From assembly GCF_964204645.1 (NCBI RefSeq), contig NC_134028.1, positions 5,766,001 through 5,830,000 on the forward strand: a DNA stretch of 64,000 nt. Reading direction: 5' to 3'. The translations under genes were made by a program, and so were the position numbers. Source of the stretch: Tubulanus polymorphus. Taxonomy: Eukaryota > Animalia > Nemertea. Below the pieces are notes generated by a model, which saw only the letters and a program-made list of their open reading frames with translations, did no database searches and was not told where the DNA came from. Shown here piece by piece: positions 38,611 through 51,344 of the stretch (the first letter of the stretch is position 1; every line of letters begins with the position of its first letter).

Positions 38611-41600
38611 TTACAACGGTACTCGGTTGTCTTTCGCCCACTTCTTCATGATACGTAGAATGTATTCAACTTGCGGATTTCCAGTATTTCGTAGCATCTG
38701 AACAACATCTCGTAGGGTTTCCCTGGAATCAAATAGATAAACAAAAAACAAATTAAAATCAGTCAATAAAGCCGCCCCCTGAATATTAGATGACCATGTT
38801 AACACTCTTTGATTGATCAATTCGACTAAATGAAGTTGATTTATATCTATAATGAAATAAGTGAAATGATTTAGCCTATTGCTGACTGATTCATTTAAAT
38901 TATGTACCAGTAGTAAAATTGGTTGTCTAGTTAGTAGCCTTTAATAAATAATAGAAAGCTTTTCATATAAAGGGTACAGTTTTCTCATTAGTCCAGTAAT
39001 AGGCCGCGATCACACGGAAAAGATTTGGTCTGGATCAGACCTTTGTCAACTTTGGCCTGTGCCTAATTAGTGAGCGCGTTCACACGTAAACCACTCCATA
39101 CTTAACAATGCTTAAACTAAGTGAATCACTTGCTGACCCAGTTAGCATTCATATGCAATAATTTGACCCGTGCTAAAATTTGGCATGGGTCTGACCAAAA
39201 TATTTGGTCAGGACAATCAGGCACAGGCCCATTTGACGTCCATGCGAACGCTTAGCCCGGGCATAATTTGACACGGGCCAAAAACGCTTGTGTGATGGCG
39301 TCCATAGACTAAAACGCGCTTAGTACTATTTTGTTTCAGTATTTGGACTTAAATTCAATTAGTTAGAAATATTAACGTGATGTATTTGATTTATCCCATT
39401 GAATCAATACTATTATTGCTTATAAACAATGAGCATGATTAAATCCCCAGTAAGGAAGCATCCACCAACATAAAAACATTGACTGCCCCAATCGAAAAAG
39501 CAAGCACAATTATTACATTACAGTATAAAATAAAATCTAAACCAGACAATGCAAACAACATCAAAGAGAACTATGAAATCGAGAAAAACTGTTAATCTTT
39601 ACTGTTGTTCAAAACAGCTTATTGTCAAGATTCTATAAAAGAATTTTCTTCACTGATTTAAGGGCTGAATTCTACAAGCAATTTTTGCAGTCACGAAATA
39701 TGAAAAATCAAACCTACTGCTAAGTTAAGAATTCCTAATAATACGTATATGAATAAACGTCAAAGATAAGACTTCTATCAATACAAAGCCTAAACAATTT
39801 TGACATGAAATGAAAGAATTAAGAAAGCTAGAAACCTTAGAAAATATGAAATTTCAATTCTTTTCTGTTAAGTCCTCTAACTACTGATGAAGGTACCGAG
39901 GAGATTTATGATGTATAATAAAGGGTACTATACTAATGACTAAACCAACAGCTATATGATATGTAAAACAAGTCAACCATTATGTACAGTACTAATTTAC
40001 TAATAATATTCATAGAAATATTGAAAAATTTAACTACACATAAAGTATATTATGATAAATACCATAGAGATAGCTGATGCGGTGATTCTTTTTCATCAAG
40101 GAAACCATAAATACAATTAACCACGCGTAAAGAGCTGAGTAGGTATTTGGTAGTTCGGACTACCAGTACAGATTAACTGACTGGCTGCTTTGGTGAAGTA
40201 CATTACGGTTTCATTGATGGAACAAGATAATTAAATGTAAAGCCAAGAATCTAACAAAAGACTGGTCGCTAACCCGTAGCTGTTACACAGAGACTTTGTT
40301 CTCTTTGGCCCACTTTTTCATCGTACGTATCATATACTCCACTTGAGGGTTGCTCGTGTTGCGTAAAATCTGTATGATTTCGCGCAACTTTTCCCTACAC
40401 AACGTATAATCATCGAAATCAAAATAAATTTCATAAACATTGGGTACACACACGTACCAGTAGATAGAATAACATGTTGGTAATTATACGAAAACAAATC
40501 AGATTTTGTCAAGGAAATTTTGCATATTGAATCAACCTCCCTCTCAGATTTGGTAAACGGACTCCTGATAGTAGCTAAGGTGCACAGCTATTCTTCCCCG
40601 AAACCACATAAATATGAAGTTCCTTCAGTAACACGATATCAATTACTTCTTAACGTGCAAATAGCTGAATACCCTGTCTACAAGGGCAGGGGTTTGTACC
40701 GAGGTAGAATCTTGTGATGCCATGGTTCAAACCTGCTGCTGAGGGAGGCTGTGGCATGTGATTTCTACGATTGATTAAACGCCTTCATCCCACATAAACT
40801 AGAGGTGTATTTTATCTCGAATGGCTTCGTACAAACCTCGGCTCGTGTCCGGCAATGATCATCTGGAAAACACCGACGCAAGCTCCGCGTTTGCCTTCCC
40901 AATACTCCGGGTTCGGGTCGAGTCGCTCCAAAACATCAAAAGCCTTAGCCGCATAGTAGAACTGTCCCATCTGAAACAAATTCATGATCAGTTCATTACT
41001 CAACAAGATGACCTCTTTTAATGTATGATCAATGCAACTTAACCCTTTCAGTGCATCTGGATCTACATCAATTGGTGAACTTTGATCATACACCACAGTG
41101 CGACATAATTATGTTATTAGTACTGGTAATTAGTTTTTTCTCTATTGAAAGACATAGTGAAATATAAGCAAAGCGGTATGCCCATTATTCAACACACAGG
41201 GGTGAAATTTTTCTAAATTCTCAAATTATCTCAAGCACCTTCGGGTACTAATTACTCAGGACTGCAAGGGCTAAATCATACAATTTGCAACCTGTGCTAA
41301 TAATAGCAGGTTCAAGTCAATTTGAGCTTGTTCAATATTTACCTTGTAGCAGTCGTTCGCAATCAATTGCAATAAACTAAATGATTCACCCGATGTTTCC
41401 ATCTTCAGATAAAGCTCCCAGGACAAACGAGCTTTACGATTCATTATATCTGTAGAAAGAAAGCGCGAATAAGAATCTTTCTTAGCTCCGCGGTCAAGAA
41501 TCACCGCATTGATATTTTGAAGTTACTACTGGTATTATAGTTGTTGAAAGTACTGAATATGTTCCAGTTAAATGCGACTTAAGTTGACTTTTGGTAAAGA

Positions 41601-44600
41601 GTCGAATGACAAATAAAGCCACAGCAGAATCACAACTAAAACAGGTATTATAGTTGTTGAAAGTACTGAATATGTTCCAGTTGAATGCGACTTAAGTTGA
41701 CTTTTGGTAAAGAGTCGAATGACAAATAAAGCCACAGCAGAATCACAACTAAAACAAACTTCAATGAACTATTTACCGTACTCGGTACAGTTTGTGTGAA
41801 ATTTGTTTTAGTTGGTGATTCTGTTGTGGCTTTATCGATAATCAAAGTGATGAATTCGATGTATTGAGTTGAATCTGAAGCTGATCATAAAAGTGGATTC
41901 AGGTTCAACGAACTTACAGCAACGAGCCAGCCAACTGAGGTACGTATAATCATTCTTGATTTTATCGCTTTGAATCAACAAAAACACCTGAAAAGATACC
42001 AAATTTCGCCAACTTTCTAAAGCTTTCTTGGCAAGTGAGGGAGTATAAACTGCTGCACTGATTAGATAGAAATTTACCTCCTCTGCCTCTTTGAAATTTC
42101 CTACAGCTGCTTTCGCTTGGGCGTAGTTGAAATTAAATGTATCGTCGTTGTAAAAGTAACTCTGCGAAGAATTTCAAATACAAACAGATCATCACAACGA
42201 TGAGGTGCAGAATTTTTCAAGGCAATTCAATTGAACTTTTTTAATCTACCTTGATCGAGTTGAGATAAATCAAAACATCCTCGAACTGTTTCAGCAAAAA
42301 GAAACAAGCAGCCATACACTGACGACCCGGTATCGTATCTGTGAACATAAACACAGGATTGAAAGTCTTCATCAATCTGATGACCGTATGTTGACAAATT
42401 CCCCAGGTTTCATAGACAAATTAAATACCGGTACCAAAAATAGTATTTCCAACATAATTCTTTATGCTTAAAACTCTAAAACTACACCTTCCAAAGAAAA
42501 ATGTAATTTCATAGTTTCAATCAATTATTTGAAGTTTAAGACAATATTCAAACCTACCACATTCACTAGCAGAACCTCCAACCAATTGAAAATATTGTTG
42601 CGCAACCTTCAGATGCTCTCTCTATGAAATAAGATAAACGTTTGATGAAATATTCTACACCTTTTGCTTTATAAATTTGCCGCTAATTACGAGATTCAGG
42701 CTCTGGCTCACACCACTGACTTTAGTCCATGCCCGCACTTACCAATCCTTGTTCCTGGCCTAAAGCAGCATTGACAACACCTTTCAGAATGTATTCTTGT
42801 GGAGTAGTAGGTTCCAGGTCCTTGATTAAGTTGTATGCTTCTGTAACATCGTCTGAAAATTAAACATTTATAGTTTGCAACCATAATCTACTAGTAGTTC
42901 ATCAAAATATGCGGGAAGTTTGAATGAGTTAATCATCAATACATGCACAAACATTTCTTGTCAAATGATTGAGTTTCGTAACTGATTTGTGACTATCGAT
43001 TAGTTTTTTTGTCTATGAAAGCTTTGTATTAGATTGGAATGGTTTCATGATCAGTTCTTTAAAATCACAACATAATAATTCACCCAGGGTCTATCTAGTG
43101 TGAAAAATATTTTAGCTACTAGTCATCTAATTTCTTCGTTGATTCAGTTAATCTTGATCGATTTTCCATGAAATGAAACACATTTTTTGTATGGAAAACC
43201 TACCCAGAAAATTATAAACCGGTATATGGTCGAATAAACCGGCCCTCAAATTATTTTCATTTGGATTGATTTGAGGAAAGATTACCATTAATGCAAAATT
43301 AGAAATTTGCTGGTCAATTTTTTGATAATCACTTGACGATGGGGAGTAATACAATAATGAAATAAGATCAACGTTACTGTCATGTGGCCCGAATAGATGT
43401 TTAAATTCAGCTACAAAAGAGAAAATAACTTGCAAACATGCTTTCCAATAAGTGAGGGAAGGAACAAATCTCAGATACGGGGCCCCCTGAAAGAAACTAC
43501 GTAGAAGACTACAAAACAAACTTCAATCCAGCCGACGAAATACCGATAACACAACAATAACCCGCCGAATTTAGGTGGCGCACTCGTGACAAATATTATA
43601 CACTACAGTAAAACATTAAAATAGCGCCACTGATTTTAATCCCGACCTTTAGTGGCACCGGCAGCAGTTGTATTATCTTTCATTGTTTTTATCAATGTAT
43701 AGGCTTCAGTCAGGTTATCTACGGAAGACACAAAATCACACAGGGATTAATCAAACGAACACTAAATACGAATTTAAACGATTCGTGGAAATAAGGGTCT
43801 TCTTAGGTCGCGTAATGGGGGTGGTAAGGAGGGAAAAGTAATTCGAAGCAGGGTTTTAAAGTTAAAGCAGTTTATGTATATTTGACCTTTGGAATATATG
43901 CGACGAATGATTATCGTCCCTAGGGCTTAGAATAGAATGTTATCAATAAAATGAAATACAAACAAATGAATTCAATACTTATATATCGCAATTGATCTTA
44001 ACTTGAAACTCACCTTGTTTTAAGAAGTAAATCACTAAATTCAAACGAGCTTCCGGTATAACGTCGATTAAAGGTGGCAGCACCTGCAATGCTCCTTCAC
44101 CTCCCCGGAATACAACCTGTACAGAGTTCAATACTCAATTAAGCATAGCAACAGCGGTTTCTACAATTGAAATTTTTGAAATAAGACCTGGATCAGGCTA
44201 AACCTGTTAATCGAACAAATTGAGATTTAACTTTAAGACCAATTATAATTCATGACTGTGAAACCAGGCACATTTTTTTGACTAATTATAATAATGATGA
44301 TAATAAATAAGTTCTATTTAGCGCAGGTATCCTATTTAAAACAGTTCAGATGCGCTCCTTTAGTAAGTGTTGTCTGAACAGAAGTGTCATTAGATGTGTC
44401 TCGAACCGCTCCAGAGAAAATGAATCAGAATCGGTGAAACTAAGTGAGTTCCGTATTAGCGTGATACATAAAAGGAAGGTGCTTGAACAGGGTTCACACA
44501 GTAACCAACTAACCAGGTTGTGTTTGATGAGATCTCTGGCAAATATGAATGACGGTGAAGCCATGTCTTGTAAACTCTTCAATTCAGCCTGCACAAAAAT

Positions 44601-46608
44601 CAAAACATAACTCTATATAGACATAACTCTATATAGCATCTTTCATAGACAACGCAACGTGTTTGTTAATAGTCATGTCATCATTATTAACAAACTTTTT
44701 GATCGAGTGAAAATATCAAACAATTTTCTGAAAATGTTGAATTTTCCACCATACCTCAGCAGCTTTTCCATTGTACAATCTGAAATGATTACACGCCTTC
44801 AAATTCAACGCTATAGCGCTGTCGGAGAACTGTTGCAGATAAACGGCCAGAACTTCCTGCAAAAGATACCAAAAAATCATCAATCATATTGAACTTGAAT
44901 GTCATGAGCCAATTAAATGACAAAATGGCTACTTCACTGATCAAACCGGAGAGGCCGTGTACCTGGGAGACATCGTAGTAATCTAACTTGTAATAACACA
45001 ATGCAACATAAACATTTAACGCCAAATAATCCCTGAAATAACAAGAGATTTGATCAATTATAACTACAGTGACACACATTAACTTGCTCAAAAGTTGGTT
45101 ATAGTTAAGTTAACTCTGTTGAATGTAACAACTTTTGAGCGACTGATCATTACATTAAGTCATTACATAAACAACTTCTATACCTATTATCGAGCAGTAT
45201 TCTCTTGTAGATGTCGATCGCTTCTTGATAATGACTGCGTAAATAGTGAATCGAAGCCAGGGACAGTTGGTCCTCGATCAGGTCCTGCAGATTCTGGTGA
45301 TAACTCATCAGTCGTTTTTCGTCGTTGAATTTGTGAGACAAATGAAACAGCAGACGGTTTTGTAGTCGAGATCGAGGCGCTGAAATTGTATTTCAATCAT
45401 CAACAAAAGTGGAACGACTGAATTCTAGTCTTATACCTGCTCGCTAAATCCAGATCACTTTGGGTAGATAATAGAATCGATCAGGATTACACCATAAGCT
45501 GGAGTTAGACTCAAACATTGACTTGCTTTTCCCGAACTATTCCCCGACATGCACGTTGTTTTCCCTTACTTGATCTGCCGAGAATCTGATCAATTAACAC
45601 AGTCAAAATACGCAAGACATAGACGAAAAATTTTGGATCCTATGCGATCTAGCAATCTCAAAAAAAATTCCCTGACTTTTCCTCATTTTTAATTTTTATC
45701 AAATTTTCCTGACTTTTCCCTGATTTCCTGGTAGGTGGCCTCCCTGTCGAACTCTACATTTTTCCTGTAGATATCGAGCAGATTCTTGATAAACCCATAT
45801 TCAGATTCAGCAAGTTTGAAGCAAGTGTTCTCAGCATACAAAAATCTAAATTTTCAGCTTCCCTATTTTGAAATGATTACCTTTTGAACAGGCACCATCG
45901 GCTTCCTGGTACATTCCCAGCAGGAAATAACAACATCCCAGATTAACCCAGACATCCGGATGACAATTATCGCGCTTCGACATCCTTTCGTATTCCTAAA
46001 ATACAAGCCAAAACATTTCATTCACAGGCCATCGATTGAATATGACTGAATCTATTCTGTCAATCTCACTTTACCTCCATAGCTCTTTTATAATCACCAA
46101 GATGAAATGCGCAATATGCGACCCACATATCAGTTTCTTCATTACCCTTACCACTATTACGATTGAACTAAATACATAAAAATATATTTAAAAAAAAAAC
46201 TCCCTTGAAAGTGGTTCATTTTTCTATCATATCACAAACCGATTTATACCTCTAGTAGAGTTATAGCCCCAGTGTAATCCCTCGTTAACAAAAAATCTTC
46301 CAATTTAGGTAGTTTCTTTTTCTTTTTCTGTTCTTTCGCCGGTGTTGAGGCGCCAGCTTGCGTCGCCGGCTTAGTCCTTGAGAGCATCTGAAAATAAAAG
46401 TTTATGATTTTAAAATAAATCCAAGAAAAACCAAGCAGTGCGCTGCTTATCCTATCCAGACTTCGTTTTTGGTTTTGAAAAATTGGTTGGCAGGGTCGTT
46501 AGTAGTCAGGCTTTTTTAGTTTTGTTTGGCTTTCACAACTAGGCCTACATTCTTTCTGACTCTGCTCACATCCCTTTGTTTTAAATAAATCCATAGCCTA
46601 CGTACCAT
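38611..46608 (-). CDS. TTC26: Intraflagellar transport protein 56 (tetratricopeptide repeat protein 26)
   Basis: ATG-only first exon 46608-46606, then approximately 46387-46250, 46168-46076, 45995-45881, 45379-45184, 45032-44963, 44856-44755, 44589-44515, 44116-44014, 42852-42743, 42622-42558, 42338-42250, 42162-42079, 41987-41917, 41449-41343, 40970-40836, 38722-38611. Strongly IFT56-like peptides: [86 protein letters not shown]. Confidence 0.97.
39002..39303 (+). mobile_element. PIF/Harbinger-like MITE with 3-bp ATA target-site duplication in the last TTC26 intron
   Basis: ATA-GGCCGCGATCACAC ... GTGTGATGGCGTCC-ATA. Second copy at 35150-35427. Confidence 0.75.
41531..41835. repeat. 113-bp tandem duplication followed by an inverted copy of its 3' end
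   Basis: GGTATTATAGTTGTTG...CACAACTAAAACA occurs twice (41531-41756). TGTTTTAGTTGGTGATTCTGTTGTGGCTTTAT (41804-41835) is the near reverse complement of the unit end. Confidence 0.85.
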
Positions 46609-46908
46609 CTTGAAAAGCTCTTTCGTAATGTATCACTGCCTCAACTTGATTTTGATGTTTTTCAAGCTAAAACTGACAAAATCCTCGTAAAAAGCTGCAA
46701 TTCCAAAAAGCCAAGTAATGTTTCTAAAATATGTGGAGCCGCGTAGTTATGGGTTGTCCCTAAATACTGGACACGGATTTATTTGCGGATCCGGACTGAA
46801 ACTTTAGTCACATGACCACAATATGGCGGCCCCCATGAAAAAAATATTTCTATATCACACTGGTCATTAGAATTGTCATATTTTACGAGAAACGGAAGGT
46901 CTCAGACA
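46609..46908. promoter_or_regulatory. Bidirectional promoter region shared by TTC26 and TSR3
   Basis: The divergent start codons are only 300 bp apart. YY1-like AATATGGCGGC at ~46820 and E-box-like GTCACATGAC at ~46807. Confidence 0.65.
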
Positions 46909-49522
46909 ATGGGGAAGAGTGGAAAAGGACAAAGTAGCCGTGGTGCAGGGAAAAACAGGGATAAACCAAAACATCATGGAAAATTTGGTCGTTCTCGCGA
47001 CTCTAAATTCAGTGAAGATCGATTTCGTGAACGGTGTCAAGAGGGTATTTTTTCATTATTCGGAATCTTTAACCAAAAACCTGTTTTATGATGTTTATGA
47101 TATAATTCTGAATTTTAAATCCTGTAGACCCCGAAGGTGAATTGTGGGATAAGACGGCTGATAAGTACTCTGTACCATGTCCTGTCGCGATGTGGGACTT
47201 GGAGCATTGTGACCCGAAAAAATGTTCCGGCCGAAAGTTGGCTCGTCTCGGTTATGTGAGAACGCTGAAACTTAATCAAAGATTTCACGGTTTGATTCTG
47301 TCACCGATGGGAACAAAATGTGTCTCCCCAGAAGACAGGTATGCGATGATATTCAGATCCATACAAATAATCTTTTAAGGAGGGTAAAAATATTGTTTTC
47401 TGGAAAGAAGAAATGAAATCATGTCCTGTCTTTATGACTTGTTGGTGGATAAGGTGTTTAACTCATAACTCTTAAGAGGTTGTGGGTTCGAATCCTAGTG
47501 AAACCATGTTATTTTAGCATGATATATTTTTTATTTTCTAATCTTATGTGAAGTGCATAGATTACTATGTAGATAATAAGAATCAAGATATATGAAGAAA
47601 ATGAATTATTATCATTAATTAATACATTATCAGTGTTTCCCAACTCACTGATCTAAGAACAAAAGTTGTAAACTAATACAAGTCATCAGCATGTTGATGT
47701 TGACTAGTGATACCTAGAAGTAGAAGAATCATCTTTTCAGAAATAGTTTAACTCAATGATGAAATTAATTCTGATTGTGTAAAAATAGATGTCGAACTCT
47801 TGGAACAATGACTATGTATGTATGTATGACTTGAAACTGGACAGGCTACAATTATATATAATTTTGTCATTTATTAAATCTTAGAAAAATCTCTTTTCAA
47901 GACCAATCGTGGAAGAACATGGCGTCGCTGTGGTCGACTGTTCATGGGCGAAATTAGACGAAACTCCTTTTGATAAGATGAAAGGTCGACATACTCGTTT
48001 ATTGCCATATTTAGTAGCCGTAAATCCTATCAATTACGGGCGTCCGTGCAAGTTGAGCTGTGTTGAAGCATATGCCGCCACCTTTTATATTGTCGGTAAG
48101 GAAGTCCCAACATCAGGGTTGACTTTCACAAAAAACCTTCTCCATTAATTCAGGTTATGTTAAATCTATTTTTCACAGGGTTTCTCAGTTAGTGAAAGTC
48201 TTCATCTTTGATTTGATTTATTTTGCATAAATAATTGGTTCAGGGATTATAACAGAACATGATGATAACATGATATATAGGTAGTCGGTGTAGCAATAAT
48301 TTACGCGAGGAATTGAAGAAAAGCCAAAAAGGCTTTGAATTTTCCCCAAAAATAAAAACGGTCTCTAAAACTTAAAATTTCAAGGCGTGCCACTAAAATT
48401 TAACGATGAATTCTAAAATAGTTTTGAAGATACTTTATAGATGGGTTTGGAAAATATATTTTGAAAGTCTTTGAAATTCTTCTCTCAGGGAGGTTATTAA
48501 CTAAGCCTGTCAAACAAGCAGCCGACTGATAGGCAAACAAATGCAATATCATCGCCTTTGAACTGAACTCTAAACTGGTATTTTCAGGTTTGGAGCAATA
48601 TGGTGAAACATTGTTGAAGCAGTTTAAATGGGGAGCAGGATTTTATGATCTTAACCGTGAAATATTAGATCGATACGCGGCTTGTAAAACGGGAGCGGAA
48701 GTTGTGAAAGTTCAACAAGATTATCTTGAACAGTTAGAAAAAGAACACAAAGCTGCCCGGGAACAAGGTATCATTCTATGCTTTATCTCTACTGATTGAG
48801 TTGTTATGATATCTACCACTAATTATGATATCAGGAACTAATCTCTTTCAAATTAATCTGAGTTCGATGATTGTTAAATGTAAATAAAACTTTTGACTGA
48901 ACCCTTGATTTTGCCATCACATGAGAATTTCTTTGAACAGCTTAAAGCGTAAGACAGAATACATGTATCTGAAATTGGGTTTCTAAAACAAAATCATCTG
49001 TTTATTCATCATTTATGTACCTGGTAATTATTTGTTTTCAGATCTCACTGATATTGATCTTGAAGAAGGTAACTTCAATCCAAACCGACGATTAGACTTA
49101 CCCCCATCGTACAGGTAATCAATAACTTATCACTTATATTCCTGCAAAAGAATTAATCAAGACGTGGCTTTGCTTGTTCATGTTATGTTTGGAAAAAGCC
49201 AAATACCGGGTATTTTTTATTTTGGAAAGCTTTAAAGAATGTTGCTTCTTGTGATCTTATTTCGGAAATCTATCAATTTTTCAGCAGTTCGTCCTCATCA
49301 GAGGAAGAAGAAAGTGATGATGATGATGATGACGATGATGATAATTTCGAAGGAAATCGTGATTCAGCTGATGAGGAAAATAAGAACGACGAGCACCACG
49401 ATGCGAAGGATAGTTATATAAATGAACTGACTGATGGGATTTCTCAGGAACTAGTTGTTGAATCTCAGTGCGATACGATTGAAAGTAACGTGTCTAGTCA
49501 TAGAGAAAATAAAGTTTCATAA
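46909..49522 (+). CDS. TSR3: 18S rRNA aminocarboxypropyltransferase TSR3, 6 exons
   Basis: Exons 46909-47044, 47128-47338, 47902-48095, 48588-48767, 49042-49114, 49285-49522. Motifs: [64 protein letters not shown], acidic tail. Confidence 0.96.
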
Positions 49523-49709
49523 ATGCATTCATTCGTTGTTCTGTTGTCTTCTTAGTGCCGGTTAAACGTTGGTATTCAATAAAGCACCGGTTGATAACTC
49601 TCATGTTGATTGGATGCCGAGCGGGTCGAGAAGCAAATATTTGAAAGTAAACCCATTTAAAATCCATGGTTTCTCGAGTTGATCGAATCAGGGAGTTGCT
49701 GAAATCTAC

Positions 49710-49734
49710 GTATTGTATTGTATTGTATTGTATT
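49710..49734. repeat. (GTATT)n microsatellite
   Basis: Five GTATT units. Confidence 0.8.
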
Positions 49735-49953
49735 CAACAGATCTTTATCAAATTCGCGTGCTTTTTGTGATTTAGTGATATGACGAAGTGAAATGGTAAT
49801 TTTTCGTACCCTAATAGCCCTACTAGTCGCAATGTAGTTTGATTCAGCTAAATATCTAATAAATATCTTTATTCACAAAAATTTACAAACTTCAACGTAT
49901 GTTTATGAATAACCAAAATAAAACTCGTTATTTACAGTCACAAGACACATGCG

Positions 49954-51344
49954 CTATGTCAATATATCCCTGGCTTTACTGTCATTTGCCGTGCTAGCCA
50001 TGATCCTTGACAACTGGTTCATGTTCTTTTTAACTTTATACCTATAAACCCACGGTACGTCTCTACGCGCTAAAAAGTTCTTTGGCGGCGGTAAATAGCT
50101 CAGATCACCACCGGGCGGGTGGTCACCGGGGCCTGGTATCAAATTAGGATATGTATGCGTATAAAACGGATATCTTCGCGCGCTAACTTGATTCGGATCC
50201 GATCGTCTGTTGTCGACGTCACTTCCACCGGCGGCGTTGTAATAACGAGCAGTCATCTCTGGACTTGGAGCTATTTCAAAATGTTTCTGTATCTGAAAAA
50301 GATATGATAATTCGTAAATTCAAAAGGGACATTTTTTGCCTTAATCCATCGTGGCCGGTTACACAGTTTGATCCAGTTTTTGGGGGGTAATTTTTAGTTT
50401 CAACTCCGTGTCAAGATATAAATTAATTCACAACTAGGGATCGTTCGTTTATATTATACGTACGCACGAAATACGGTATGGATTTTTTCAAATTGGCCTT
50501 TTCCCCACGCAACGCAATTGCATTAACTTCTCCCCTCTCCTGATGGGTACGTAATAAATGAATGCCCCCTCCCCCGAGCTAGATCCTGTGCAAGGGGACA
50601 TAAATTCAAAACTTGCCGCACTAACATTTCGAACCTTTTTTATTTCTGGAAGGGTTCCGGGTGTATCCTGGCAACATGATTGTCTTGGAGAGAAAAAACG
50701 ATCCACTGTCACGCGTTTAGCATTATCGAAACACAGGGATAAAAGGATTTATTTGGTAAGAACCTTTTACTGGCATATTAAACCGTAAAACGGGTTATGT
50801 TTTTTTCTACGCGAGTTTTTGTCTTGAAAGGGTCAAAGAATGCCACCATATAACACGGCACACATAAACATATATACGGTACAAGTCGTTATGGGCTATA
50901 TTATAGTAAAATATATTCATATGAATCTTCAGTTCTGTAATTCTTGAAGCCGTTGAAATATAGGCCTTATGTAAATGATATCGTTTAAGTTTCGCTGTAT
51001 TTCGTCAAAAAGATTTAATCTTTTTTTCTAATTCAACTTTAATCTACTGCATATTTTCTGTAATAATCTTGTGAAAATACTAAAATTACCTGATTCTGTC
51101 TGTCCATCGAGTCTCTGCTTGACAATCTCAGTTTGTTCGCTGGTGGAAACTGATTCGCGAATTCCCTCGGAGTTGCTCTCGGCGTTCCCCGAGCTAGCGG
51201 TGGTACGGACACCGCCTGGTCCAGGCCGATAACCGCCGGTTTACTGGTTGGTTTCGACCGAAATCTGACGGCGTACTCCTCTGCCGACATCGAAGTTACT
51301 GGCGTTGCCCGGTTGTATTTCGGAGTTGTGCTTGGTGACGTCAT
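49954..51344 (-). CDS. Uncharacterised two-exon Pro/Arg-rich protein (~197 aa)
   Basis: Exon 51344-51090 (MTSPSTTPKYNR...MDRQNQ, CAG|GTAATT) joins in phase 0 to 50292-49954 (IQKHFEIAPSP...VPWVYRYKVKKNMNQLSRIMAS...*). Minus-strand polyA signal near 49870. The start could be the upstream in-frame ATG at 51431. Confidence 0.75.
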
